Source: Ptychomitrium polyphyllum
Lineage: Eukaryota
DNA: 64,000 bases
NCBI GenBank assembly: GCA_973851085.1
Contig: OZ316776.1
Span: 13,392,001-13,456,000 of the forward strand
Reading direction: 5' to 3'
The notes under the pieces are model-generated. The model was not told where the DNA came from and made no database searches. It saw only the letters and a list, made by a program, of their open reading frames with translations. The position numbers were made by a program, and so were the translations under genes. Positions 12,772 through 24,800 of the stretch are shown in pieces (the first letter of the stretch is position 1; each line of letters starts with the position of its first letter).

Positions 12772-14269
12772 ACTCATGTAGTTGTAGTAGTTCCAACTGT
12801 TGCAGGTTTAGGAGTCAGGTTGCTAGAGTAGGACATTCAATTGGTGTTTTTATATATTCTTACTAGTCAGTGGCAGTTGAAGGGACTGATAGTTAGCCAG
12901 GAGACCAGTGTAATGCGCGGCCCAGGCTCTTTAAGTAGAATTGAGTGTACAAAATTAAATTCTTTCCTCGGAGTAGGGTTATTAACAATTGATTCAAGGT
13001 AATAGAATAACAGAGATCACTTGATCGTGTGCATGACATTGATTCGTGAGAAACGATATTGGAGGTTGAAGTTGTACTAGTGGCCACAAACCAGCTTGTT
13101 TTTTAGTTTTTTTTTTCAGTTTCATGTTCGAAAGGAATCATGAAATAAAGTTGATCAATACCGGTCGTCTGCAAATGCATTCTTGAGCCATGAGCAGGCT
13201 GCTATTCACGTCATGATATGGATTTGTAGTTAATGTTGGAATGACTTAGATTATATGCCACGAGAAAGAACCACATGACAGTAGAGTGTGTACTTAGTAA
13301 TAGAGAGTAATGGTGTCCTTTGTGGTATAAATTACTGGTTTAGGGTCCACGAGCCTGCCTGCTAAACCAACGTCCTCGAGCGAACGGGAGTTGCAACAAC
13401 ACCGTAGCCTTTTCTAACGAGGGATCACCACGAACATCTTCGTGTGTTTGCAACACCCTTAAGGGGTTTGCAAGATTTATTTTGTCCAGGCTTGCCTATT
13501 ATCAGAGCATTTGCACCATAGATCTCACAATCATGAGCTGAGTCGGCAAGTATGCTTCGCAATAGCTAGTATGTGGGCATATAGACCAAAGTACTGGTGA
13601 TACCTTATCAGTTAAGCTTCTTATCGCACTAGATGTCTCATTGCTGATGTCTGGATCTCGCCCATTTTGAAGATCATTATGTGGTATTAACTGTGAATAT
13701 GATACTGCTGTAAAACAATTGAAAGCACTTCTATCTGGCAACACATCTGTGTCTTGTCTTACCACTCCTGGTGCCAGCTCGAGTTCCTTGTAAGATTTAC
13801 ACAATGATATGGCCACAAAAAATGATGGTTGTGAAATACTCAATTGCCAGGCTGCCCAAGGTTGGTGGTTATGCACCATGAGCACGGAGAGCCATATCAA
13901 GAGTAGCACATTCATCATGTGGGAGAGATATGGGCATAACTTGCAAGCAGGAGATTCGGTGAAATAGTCTGCAATTGGTTGGGTTTGCCAACCTCATCAC
14001 CAGTATCCACCACAGGAGCAGAAACCATCTTGAAAGTGTTGAAAGCGAAGCATATCCCTGGCAAGAATATATGAAGACCTGTCGCCTTGAGATGAACTTA
14101 GCTGCTGTATGGCAATCTGAGCATATCCGAAGGTTTTTGTAGACACGAATTGCATTCCAATGGCTATGCCAATCAGCCCATAAGCAGTAAGCAATAGCCA
14201 ACTTCTCATATGAGAGCAAAGAACTAGTTCTTTGTCCTCCTCATCAATATTCTCCTACACAAGCCGTGT

Positions 14270-14335
14270 ATGAGGAATGTAGCCTTCAGTCTTGATTAGT
14301 TTATGAGGAATGTAGCCTTCAGTCTTGATTAGTTT
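14270..14335 (+). repeat. Perfect 33-bp tandem duplication inside the PPR pseudogene
   Basis: ATGAGGAATGTAGCCTTCAGTCTTGATTAGTTT at 14270-14302 and 14303-14335; encodes KLIKTEGYIPH twice on the minus strand. Confidence 0.97.
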
Positions 14336-14356
14336 GGTCAAGCTGTGAAGCTCAGC

Positions 14357-14378
14357 ATATATATATATATATATATAT
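14357..14378. repeat. (AT)11 microsatellite
   Basis: Direct read; lies inside the PPR pseudogene. Confidence 0.97.
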
Positions 14379-14940
14379 CCTTCGCATCTGAGTGAGATTT
14401 ATCTCCTACAACAAAAATAATGGATCTTGTTATCAACTTCAATCCAGCTACACCCTGGTTCCTTCTGTAGACCTCTCTCGTGCATTAATGTGCGCACCAA
14501 TGACACCTGGTTCCATTTGCCAACTGCAGCATAGATATTGGAAAGGACAAAGCAGGGCTCCCCAAGTTGCCACATTATGCTCACCTGGCATCTTATCAGT
14601 GAAAAGCTTAGCTTCCTCCAAGAAGATCTACCATTCCCTAGACGCACATTCGCTTCGACCGATCCAAGGCTATCCAGTCTGATGTATGCACAAACAGCTT
14701 TGCCCCATTTCAAAGCGCATGGACTGGCATGTGCGTTCACGATCCACGAACAAGGGATCTCATTTTGCACCTCCTTGGAGCATTGGAGTGATACAAAAAA
14801 GTCTCATTGCATCGCTAGCATGACTATGGTGAGCATATTCTCCAATTATGTTCCAGCTAACAACATCCTTCTTCAGAGTTAAAGTCCATTGCACACTAGG
14901 GCGGGGCGCGCATCTTGCAGTCTCTCACATCTCATCTGAT

Positions 14941-15229
14941 CTGTTCTGTTCTGTTCTGTTCTCTTCTGTTCTCTTCTGTTCTCTTCTCTTCTGTTCTCTT
15001 CTCTTCTGTTCTCTTCTGTTCTCTTCTGTTCTCTTCTGTTCTCTTCTCTTCTCTACTCTTCTCTTCTCTTCTCTTCACTTCTCTTCTCTTCTCTTCTCTT
15101 CTCTTCACTTCTCTTCTCTTCTCTTCTCTTCTCTTCTCTTCTGTTCTGTTCTCTTCTCTTCTGTTCTGTTCTCTTCTGTTCTCTTCTGTTCTCTTCTGTT
15201 CTCTTCTGTTCTCTTCTGTTCTCTTCTGT
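14941..15229 (+). repeat. Pentanucleotide microsatellite (CTCTT/CTGTT)n, ~58 units
   Basis: Direct read. Polypyrimidine on + strand; source of the spurious SSLLF/EEKRR ORFs. Confidence 0.98.
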
Positions 15230-15399
15230 CAGTGCGTTGTTCACCACACCTGTGTTTTCCTCCATTAGACCAACCTTTGAGTTACCAAAATCCACTCGTG
15301 CACAAAATGAAGCGTGGCAGGTTCATGGCCACCCTGCATAGCTCATACAACAATTACATACAACTTTGAAGATTCATTAGTCATTCTAGAGCCATTATT

Positions 15400-18300
15400 A
15401 AGAATTTGACTATAACTCAAGACCACATTGAGAATCTGAGATCTCAAAGAAGGCAAAAGCTATGGCAAATATTGGATAAATATGTGATAAAAATTAGACA
15501 AATATCAACGGCATATTATAAGCATATTATAACTGATACAACTGATACAGTGACCAAGTCTTTTTTAATACAACAGATTCATTTAAATTAAATTTTAAAT
15601 ATTCAAAACTTAAAATTTGGATGGGTCAAATTTATAAAGTAATATAATAACGTCTTTATTTTGTTATTTTCATAACAAAATTTACATTGAAATTCCAATT
15701 AACAACAATATTAAAAAAATCTTAAGTATCTCATTTGTAACCAAATACCTACATAATTTTAGCTTTTTATCCTTAATTGATCTCCAACATTTGAGGATTT
15801 TAATACATTTAAAATACAAGCTATAGAATGATTGATAACTTACTTAAATAGTGTTATATTATATCAATATAACAAAGTAACAGGTACTAAACATATAATT
15901 CATATCCATATGATTAAATTTATTACAATCATTGCTTGTATCTTTAAATTAAAAAATTTTAATATTATCTATGAATCCAATTGTAAACCAATTTTAATTG
16001 AAGATTCTTATTTGAACAATTCTTTAGTTGAATAAACATTAAAAACGCTTAAAATAATGTAAACTTTACAATAATTATTCATTTCATTTGGAAAATTATC
16101 TTAAAGGCTTTACATTGTAAATCATAATATCAATATACTATAAATTTATAATTCTACTCATCAAAATACTACAAACATTAATTTTAATATAAATTACATC
16201 AATTTCAAAAATTTCAAAAAAAATTTAATCATATATATATCTCTTTAATTAATATTTTTAAAGTAAAATGTTTCTTTGAAATTGGTCTTTATTAGAGTTC
16301 CAAAAATAAAATTAATTAATTTTTTTGTAAAAAAAAATTTATTCTTCTTTATAATACAACTTAAGCTTAAAAATTTATGCTATAGAATTAATAGGCAATT
16401 AATACAAGCATCCATCATAAATTAGTTTTGTGGTTTTTTCCTAATAAATGGCCACTTTTGAAATGGCAAGTTTGTAGGCTACTTTGGATTTTTTATGCGA
16501 TGCTCTTTTTTTCACTTTTGAAATCCTAAACTCCATCTTCCAATAAATATAAGATTCTTAAAACTATTGTGAATAAATTTAAAATAGCTCAAGCAACTTT
16601 TATAAACAACGTCAACAAAATCAATGTTTGTTTATTTGTCAAGAAACACAATAAGGAGAAGGTAATTATCAAAACTTATAAAAGCATCTAAATTATGACC
16701 AATTGTATATAGACTTGTTATTAAATCTTCGTTTATTGCAACAATTTTTTAATCTCAAATAAATATTCATTTGTCTATACCACATTGTTTGAATATGACA
16801 CCAACCAACTTTCCATATTTAATGACAGATTCTTATACAATGTAATCCCATCATTCCTCTTCCACCTTTGCAATAAGAAAAAAAATAGTTGTGTTTCTAT
16901 TTAAATCCTTTAATAATGGGAGGTAAATTTTAACAAGCTTTGGAGCTTTTTCTAGGTTAAATTGTTCATCTTAAAATATGCATGAAACCTATTGAAATGT
17001 ATGATATTTGTCCATATTAAAGGATTCAAAATGCCATCACTTCAAGTACAAATAGTTGTTGATTCAAAGCTCACTTCAATTGATGCATGCAATTGATTGC
17101 AAAATCATTACTACTTATGAAAATTAAGTAGCAATCACTGGATTACTTTTTATAGAACATTGTACATGCACGTGTTTGGAAAAACATTTATTATCACATT
17201 CTAAATTGATTCAAATGCTTATCACAAACATTCTTGGTAAAAGAATTATAGCAAGTCATAACAAAGCTATAAATGATTTTTTTTTAATTTATCTTTTGTG
17301 GACAGCTTGTCATTTTTAAGCACTTGAGGCATCCTATATATTCATGTCCTCTGTTTAATTGGCCATGTTCAAAGTATTTTCCATATAATGGATTATGCAA
17401 CACATTATATGTTTTCATCAAAAAATAAAATCTATATAAGACCTTCTTTTGATAAGCCTATGCAAAACCTTGCTAGAGATGCTTGCATCCAAATTTACAA
17501 AAGAGAAAAGATTTTAACATCAATATAAAATAATCAAATAAAATAATTGAAATTTTACATGTTTTTTGTAATATGATGATTTGTATAGAATTTAATAAAA
17601 TTTAATTAATGCAATTCATAGAATATTCCAAATTCCATAATTATTACTCATTAAAATACATGTGAAAGTTATAAGCTTTTATATTTCCTTATTTGATGTT
17701 TTTATGGATGAATTAAATTTGTATAAAAATTGGATTTATTTTTATAAAAGGTAGACATAAAATATGAATTTAAAATAGATAGAAAAGATGATTCCATGTT
17801 ATAATAAACTTGCTCTAATTTCCAGCATAATATTCATGAAGCCAATAAAAATAATGTTTAAAACTTAAAATTATTTTGCATAAAAATAAAGTTGTTTTTT
17901 TGTAATCTTTGGTAGAAAAATAAATTAGCAAAAGCTTAAATTTCAATTAAAATCCTATTGTTGATTTTTTTTTAATATTAGAAGTTTAATCTTAATGGTA
18001 TTTTGTAGTATCATTTTAAACCACAATATTTGAAAAAAAAATGATGATGTTTAAACTAAACAAGAATTTATGGATTCTAGTGCTTTTGCCTTCATATCAT
18101 TCTACATGATTCAATAATTGTTATTGTATATAATTAAATTTCTATTAACATATGATCTAGAAATGTTGAAATTGAATGAAAAATTCCAAGTTGACTTTCA
18201 ATTAACAAATGAAATTCTAAAACATTTCTTTATGAATGTATATGTGAATTGATCTACTGAATATACTTTATTTTGGATACTTTTACAAATAATTTATATT

Positions 18301-21180
18301 CATCAAATATGACAAGTATTAAGAATTCGATCTATTTTTAGATATTACAATAAAGTTTTTAATTGAAGCAACCTTCAAGTAATAAAAGTGGCTTATAGCA
18401 ATGTACTCAAATCTTCTACTATTGTCATTGGTTTTTATAGAACTTCATTTCATGATGTTTGTGTAACTAATATACATCATCCATACATCATCAAGAGTTC
18501 ATCTAAAATTGTTTATGGGCTTTTCATTGATTATAATCTTTTGGAAACCTTTTTTATTCTTTTAAAACACCTATAGGCTTTTAAAACCTTCCATTGACTT
18601 TTAAAATTTTCTAATAAAGGTTCCATAAACTTCTATAACCTTCTAATAGCTTCCAATTACCTTTTATTAAAGATGTTATAGAATATTGACTTTATAATAC
18701 AAATAAGAGGCAAAACAAGGTGCATTACAATCTTGTCAATGTAAATTGTAGAGTAATGTAGAATATTACCTTGTTTTTAACCTAATAATCATTATCAAAA
18801 TCAATTTAATCTTTGATCACTTCTTTCATAGCAATTAGTTATTTATCTTTTTGCTATATTGTCTTGCATATCTAACAATTTAGATCTTAGTAAGTGTTTT
18901 ACAAATTTTAAAGATTCAATTTTAGATTTTGATTTAAGATTCCATTACTTAAGCTCCATCAATATAAAATATTGAAAATCTTAGTGGCAATAACTTCTTA
19001 AAAATCTTCTAATATATCTTTGTGTATTAGATTTATATACAAATGCAAAGATTACAACAATTGTATAACTTATGCAATCAAGATGGACAATATGAACATT
19101 TAAAGAAAATTATGATTTTTTTGAAGAAATGATGTCCAATAAATAATTTTAGTATACTTGAAATTAGTTTTATTAATAGACACCATAGCTTGTAGAAGGC
19201 AACAACTTGACTAGTGAATTGTTTTACATATTTATTAATTGGTGAAAAAATTTGAAAAAAATGTTATCATGAAAGTGTACTTTATTTTTTTTTATTACTT
19301 CTTTCAATATACTAATGAATTTTAAAGATGATGTTATTTTAATTATAAATATCATAAGTTGAAGAATATTCTAAGATATGATATTGATTAATGTATCATC
19401 TAAATATTATAATATTAAAAATAAGATCATATTCACTACCAAATATGTTTGCATTCTTAAAAATTGTGTATGTGTTTTATTGTAATAATAGTTGGTCTAC
19501 ACTTATGTATTTCCATTCAATTTGAAAGCTTGAAATAACCATTTTTTTCATTTCTTCAAAAAAATAAAATTGGAATTTCCTTTAAAAATGAGAATATAAA
19601 AGAATTGGAAAAAATTCTTGTAATTTTTGGCACTTTTATGTTTATTTTATCCATTTTTGTCCAATGCAATTTAAATATCTTTCTGTATTTAAAAAAACTA
19701 CAATTTGAACAACTTTCAATTTTTTTTTAAATTTGGAAAGTGGTATTTTTTTGTAATTGTTACTTGCAAAATTATAAATTCTTTATAAAATTCATTTTTT
19801 GCGTCTTTTTAAATATAAATTAATCAAATTTTAGAATGTGAAGCAAATTGAGCACAATAAGAATCAATTCTTCTAAACATGAAATTATTCATCTAAACTA
19901 TATTTATTTTAAATTGATAAATTTACTTTGTAATATTATGATTGTTTTCTTTCATACAAATTTATAAAAGATTGAATTTGATGTTCTTATAATATGTCTA
20001 AATGGCAAATAAAGTCACTTTTGAAATCAAGGTGCATTGGTAATTTATACCCATATTAAATGGAACAATTTTATTTCAAATATGATTTCATTAGATCATT
20101 TAATATGCATTCTTTTTTTTGTAAAGAGGCCCAAATAGTGATCTCAATTTTCAAAAAGCTTAAAGTTAAAAGACATAATAAGAACAAAATTCATTCCCTT
20201 TAAGATTCCAAAAAATGAGCAAATTTATAAACAAATTGAAATAATACATTCTTGAATTTTTTTGTTTTTAATTGAATATGTTTTTTTATATTAGTTAATT
20301 AATATACTATTTAATTATTAATTCTAAAAGTTTTAAGATAATTCATGTATTCATTGATTTGGCTATTGGATTATTTTTGATTCATTTTATTCATAGGCTA
20401 ATAAGCTATATATATGTTGGTTAATTAATAGGGTCATATATTTTGCTCACTTATGCATGTAAAAAATGTATTATTAATGTAAAAATTGTATTAAGGTGTT
20501 GATTTGTTTAATAAATACATTAAATTATTTTAAGCAACAATTGAGTATTTATTCATTGGAAGATGGATGATATTTAGAATAAGTTGACAAGAATAATTAT
20601 ATATATGAAGTAGAAGCATATTGTAAAGTAGCATGGTTTGAATTTCAGATTAAGCAATTGTTTTAAATATGTAATAATACAGAATTAATTGCATTAGTTT
20701 TTAAAAAATAGAATCAAATTAAATTAATTTTTTTTTTTTCATCAATTATGCTAGCCTTACCATTTTTCAACATAGCCCTTATTATCTCCTTGTTCAAATG
20801 AATTGATTTTTTTATCTTTACCTTGAACTATTATTGTATCATCATGTCTTCCTTAATTCTTCATACAACATGAGAGTTTAAAATGCAAATAAGCATAAAT
20901 GAAGACTAATATCACTAATTCTCATTATAATATACAGTTTTCACCCAATCTAATCAGTTTAAAGAATTCTAATTAATTCTTATTCAATTTTTTATATTTC
21001 ATTCATAATCATATCTACCAAATGATGTTAAAATGATGAAATCTACAATCTAATTAGTAATCAGTGTAAGATATGTGCAATAATTTATAAATATGACAAT
21101 GCATCAAAACATATAATCAATCATAAAACCATAAAATTGTGACAATGATTACAAATCATACATTCTTCACGACACCTACA
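15400..21180. other. AT-rich, CpG-depleted intergenic block (probably decayed transposon DNA)
   Basis: Very low GC, almost no CG dinucleotides, no credible ORF; contains an LTR-like remnant. Confidence 0.75.
18470..18877 (+). mobile_element. Degenerate LTR-like repeat, copy 1
   Basis: Core 18690-18752 aligns without gaps to 33920-33982 (46/63 identical). TATA-like core preceded by degenerate TTCTA-type subrepeats; ends ...CTAACA. Boundaries approximate; LTR identity is inference. Confidence 0.6.
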
Positions 21181-21374
21181 AAAGTGGGAAATGTCACCTT
21201 CAGACGCAGCGCCGTGCACGGTTGAAGCAGTATCTAGGTGAGGCATAGATGTCAGAGGAGAGAATGTACAAAGGCAGAGGAGGACGGGTGATAGGACGCA
21301 TCCCAGACGGGGAGGCAAGGCGTGAGGCTTGGATTTGGAGACTCCGTGGGGCATGGACGGGGAGGATACATGAC

Positions 21375-21468
21375 GATGATGATGGGGATGGGGATGGGGA
21401 TGGGGATGGGGATGGGGATAGTGATGGGGATGGGGATAGTGATGGTGATGGGGATGGTGATGGGGATG
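21375..21468 (+). repeat. (GATGGG)n hexamer repeat ~400 bp upstream of the CASC3 start
   Basis: Direct read: GATGGG array with GATAGT/GATGGT variants, producing many GGGG runs. Confidence 0.95.
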
Positions 21469-21562
21469 CGGGGCTGCTCTTCACACACGAGGTTTATTCC
21501 ATTCCACAGCGAGTCTCTCTCGCAGGCTCAGTCCGTGAGTGCGTAAGGCAGTGAGTGTGTGC

Positions 21563-21571
21563 AAACCCTAA
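21563..21571 (+). promoter_or_regulatory. Telo-box (AAACCCTAA) near the presumed CASC3 transcription start
   Basis: Exact motif ~300 bp upstream of the ATG; a typical element of plant housekeeping-gene promoters. Function inferred. Confidence 0.5.
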
Positions 21572-21867
21572 AAAGCTCTTGCGCACTTTTATTCCTCTCG
21601 TCGCTGCCATCGCCATAGCTAGCTATCGATCACGCCAGACAGGTCGTTGCAATCATCTTCCGTGGAGTTTCTGGAGCTTCCGTCTCTGCCGTGGTGACCT
21701 CTCAAATTCGCTCGGCTGCTGCTGCGTCTGCGTCTGTGTCGTTAGTGTCGTCGGGGGTTTTTTAACCCTAACTCCCTTACTAGGGCTTGCGTTTTCTTAT
21801 CCATTTCCGGCTGCTGTTGCTTTGGCCTGACGCCAGAGAGAGAGAGATAGGGAGGGAGGGCCTCCTC

Positions 21868-24800
21868 ATGGCCACTGCGCTCTCGGAGTCTGGCTTAGAG
21901 GAGGGCGAGTACGAGAGCGATAGTGATGGAGCGTCGGCTCTGGCATTGCGACGGCGGGAGGCGAGTGATGACGAGGAGCGGGAAATGCCGCTCGATGCTG
22001 TGTCTTCTGGGGAGGAGGAGGAGGAGGAGGATGCCTCGCAGCACTCCTTCTCTGACGAGGAAGGCGAGGGCGAGGGCACGCCTCCCGATGGCGAGGAGGA
22101 TGGTGCGGCGTTGTTGCGACGCAGGCGGTTGGTGAGTGATGAGGAGGATGACCACGAGGGTTTGCATCAGGAGGATGGGAGTAGAAAAAGTGGAGATAAG
22201 GAGGATGGTTCGCAAGGGACTGCTGCCGCGGACGTTACTGATAGCAAGGAGGCTGGGGAAGAGGACAAGAAAGAGGCGGAGCCGTTTGTTGTTCCGACAG
22301 CAGGGGCATTTTACATGCATGACGATCGTTTTCGAGGGGTTGCTGGAGCTCGTCCCAGGTAAATTTCTATTATGGGGCAAGCAGTTCTTATTTATGTCGG
22401 CTTTCCTGATGGTTCCTTGGCCGTTGCTACTGAAATAATCAATCTCCGAATGCTCCACTATTGATTAAGAAGCAGTCAGTACACCTCCAGGTTTCATCGA
22501 CTTGAAATCATGCGGGTTTTGGGTTATGAGAGTGGATTTTTTAATTTTATGTGCTGTTCCCTCTTTCCTAAGAGCGGAGGCCTGTCGCTGGCGTATTTAG
22601 TTATTGCCTGCAAGGCCCATCTTTACATCACTGGCAGTGGCAGAATTATTTTATACGTAATTGACATTCATGAATCGCGATTCAGAGTTGTCCTAAATTT
22701 GCGTCCCTGTACGTAGTTGGAATTTGAATCTGCAGAATGAGTTGCCTATGTAAGGAATTTAAACGCGTATTGTTCCTTTAGTTTTGAAGGACTGCGTGGT
22801 TGGTGGACAGTAGGTGGATAAATTTCTCTTGTGTCGGAAAAAGTGGGATATCATGAGTTTTGAAGGATACCCGAAGCCACAATGTGAACGATTTTATTTT
22901 ACGAGACTTTCTCTGTTCGTGTAGTATAGGAATTGCATCGTCAGCGTTTTTAAACTGTTGAGGAAATGTCTAATGGAATGAGGAATACAGGCGAGGCGTG
23001 GGAGGCAGCAGGAAACTTTGGGAAGCAAAGGATGAGAAGCCCTGGGTACATGATTTATTTGAGGAACTCAATGTGCGGGACGATAGTTACAGGGATGAGG
23101 GACTTTCGAGGGGTGGAAGAGGAAGAAGTCGAGGCAGAGGACGTGTCAATCGGGATCGAAATAGGGGATGGGTAGGCAAGCTTGCCAGCGATTCAGAGGA
23201 GTTAAACTTAAACCGTGCCCGACGTGGTCGAGGGAGGGGCCGCCCAGTAAGAAGTGAAGGAGATCACAACAAAGTCGAAGAAACAGGCCCTTCAACAACT
23301 AAAGGAATACAGGTAGATAGTTCCGGAAGCAGTACTATTGAGGGACAGGATGAGAGCAAAAAGCATGAGTCAACAGCTCCTCGGAAAGTCGTTGCTGGTT
23401 CATTGAACTCTGCTTCACCACCTTTTTTTCCTTCTGGCGCTTTGCAACAGAGATCAGTCGAGCCTGGATCAGAGTCTAATCAGACCAACGTCAATCACAT
23501 CAACAAAGTAAAGGAGAGGGGGACTAGACCAGGGTCTCAAGTTTTTGTGGCGAAATCTGGTGGCGCTGGAAGGGGTTCACAAATCGGAGGAGCATTGCAG
23601 AGCAGTGCACAATCCCATCAGCCAGTCAAACCATCCGCGGCTCAGACAAGTGAGGAACATATTTAATTCTGGGATGTTTGGGGGTCTATACTTTGGAACG
23701 TCTTCTTTTATCTACGAGTCTCTTTGGAACTGGAACTTAGTCACAATCCTAAAATAGTTGCTATGACTACCTGTAGTCTGAGAACAAATGAAATTTGAAG
23801 GTCTTAATTTAGTCTGTAGATTATTGACTTTGGGGCTGAAGAACATCTTTCTGTGTGGTTCTTCCATAATCGGTTGGTAAGGTGCACTTTGTAGATCTGG
23901 TAGATCTTTCAACATGCAATAAAAGGTTATTTTGTGATGATTGACTGGTTTCACTTTATACAGTGAAGTCTCTGATCTTATCAGACGTGATAGAAGTGTA
24001 GCTTATCCTTCTAGTATCTAGTTTCCGTTCAGATTTATCAAAATGTCGAGATTTTCGACTCTTATGCAGAATCAGTTTTCAAATACTTCGCATCCTCGCC
24101 TAGGCGGAACGTTTCATGTTTTTTATGGTTGATCATGGTCCGTAGTATATTAGGGTGAAAGCAAGGAATTACATCTTAGTCAGTGAAGTGATGAGAAGCT
24201 GGTTCCTTACATCAATTGAATTTGTTCTTGCAGCAGCACCAAATGCAAGAAGCAGTAGCAGTCAGGGACAACCTCCTGTTATGCCTTCATCACAACCACA
24301 ATTACAACAAGCACATGACCAAGAAGTACAAGCTCCTAGCGCAATTACTCAAGCTTTATCTGGGTCAATTGCAGCTAATTTAGGGCAGGCTGTGCAACCT
24401 GCCAGACTTAAAAATACTGGAGGTAGAGGGGGTAGAGGGGGGAATGTCCAGGTGGTAGGAGGAAGGGGTGGATCGTTTGTTTATCATGGAGGTTCTGCGA
24501 GTGGAATGAACAATGGTGTACAGAAAGTGGAACCAGGGTTTGCTCCTCCAATTCCCGCTGTCGGACCTGGTCAGTACTTGAATACTTGGTCTATTTATAT
24601 ATGATGGCTATTGCTGTCAAGCCCAATTCATGTTGCGTTTTACACCTCTAGCAAATGTTAAGTTTGTACATAGTGTATGTTTGGCTCATTCGTTCCTGCT
24701 ACCAAGTCAATCATTTGTCTTAGCTTCTAGTTGCTGAATATTAGCAGTGGTAAATCTCTTAGTTGCAGTTCAATATGGAGGCCATCCACCTGCAGGCATA

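Larger units (their letters stand above)
13997..15370 (-). pseudogene. PLS-class DYW-PPR (organellar C-to-U RNA-editing factor) pseudogene
   Basis: Fragments in shifting frames: KDVVSWNIIGEYAHH (P motif), [15 protein letters not shown] (L motif), [12 protein letters not shown] and [15 protein letters not shown] (E domain/PG box), CSH..EKLAIAY, IRVYKNLRICSDCHTAAKFIS, RFQHFQDGFCSCGGYW*. Multiple frameshifts, stops and repeat insertions. 5' limit approximate. Confidence 0.93.

Noticed and set aside
13337..13346. Telomerase RNA template candidate (ACCCTAAACC on the minus strand)
   Set aside because: No correctly spaced USE plus TATA promoter on that strand and no other recognisable telomerase RNA elements; single telomere-like motifs are common.
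15212..15231. TCTCTTCTGTCA resembles a miR156 target site
   Set aside because: Only 12 nt match and they arise from the end of the CTCTT array; no SPL context or precursor hairpin.
14848..15369. ORFs of 173, 117 and 80 aa with SSLLF or EEKRR repeats
   Set aside because: Translations of the pentamer microsatellite, not genes.
21211..21238. Helitron-like 3' end (CCGTGCACGG palindrome then CTAG) at the desert border
   Set aside because: Stem too short, CTAG not followed by T, and no matching 5' end identified.
21121..21554. ORFs with SPSPSP, DGDGDG, MGMGMG or IPIPIP runs
   Set aside because: Readings of the (GATGGG)n repeat.
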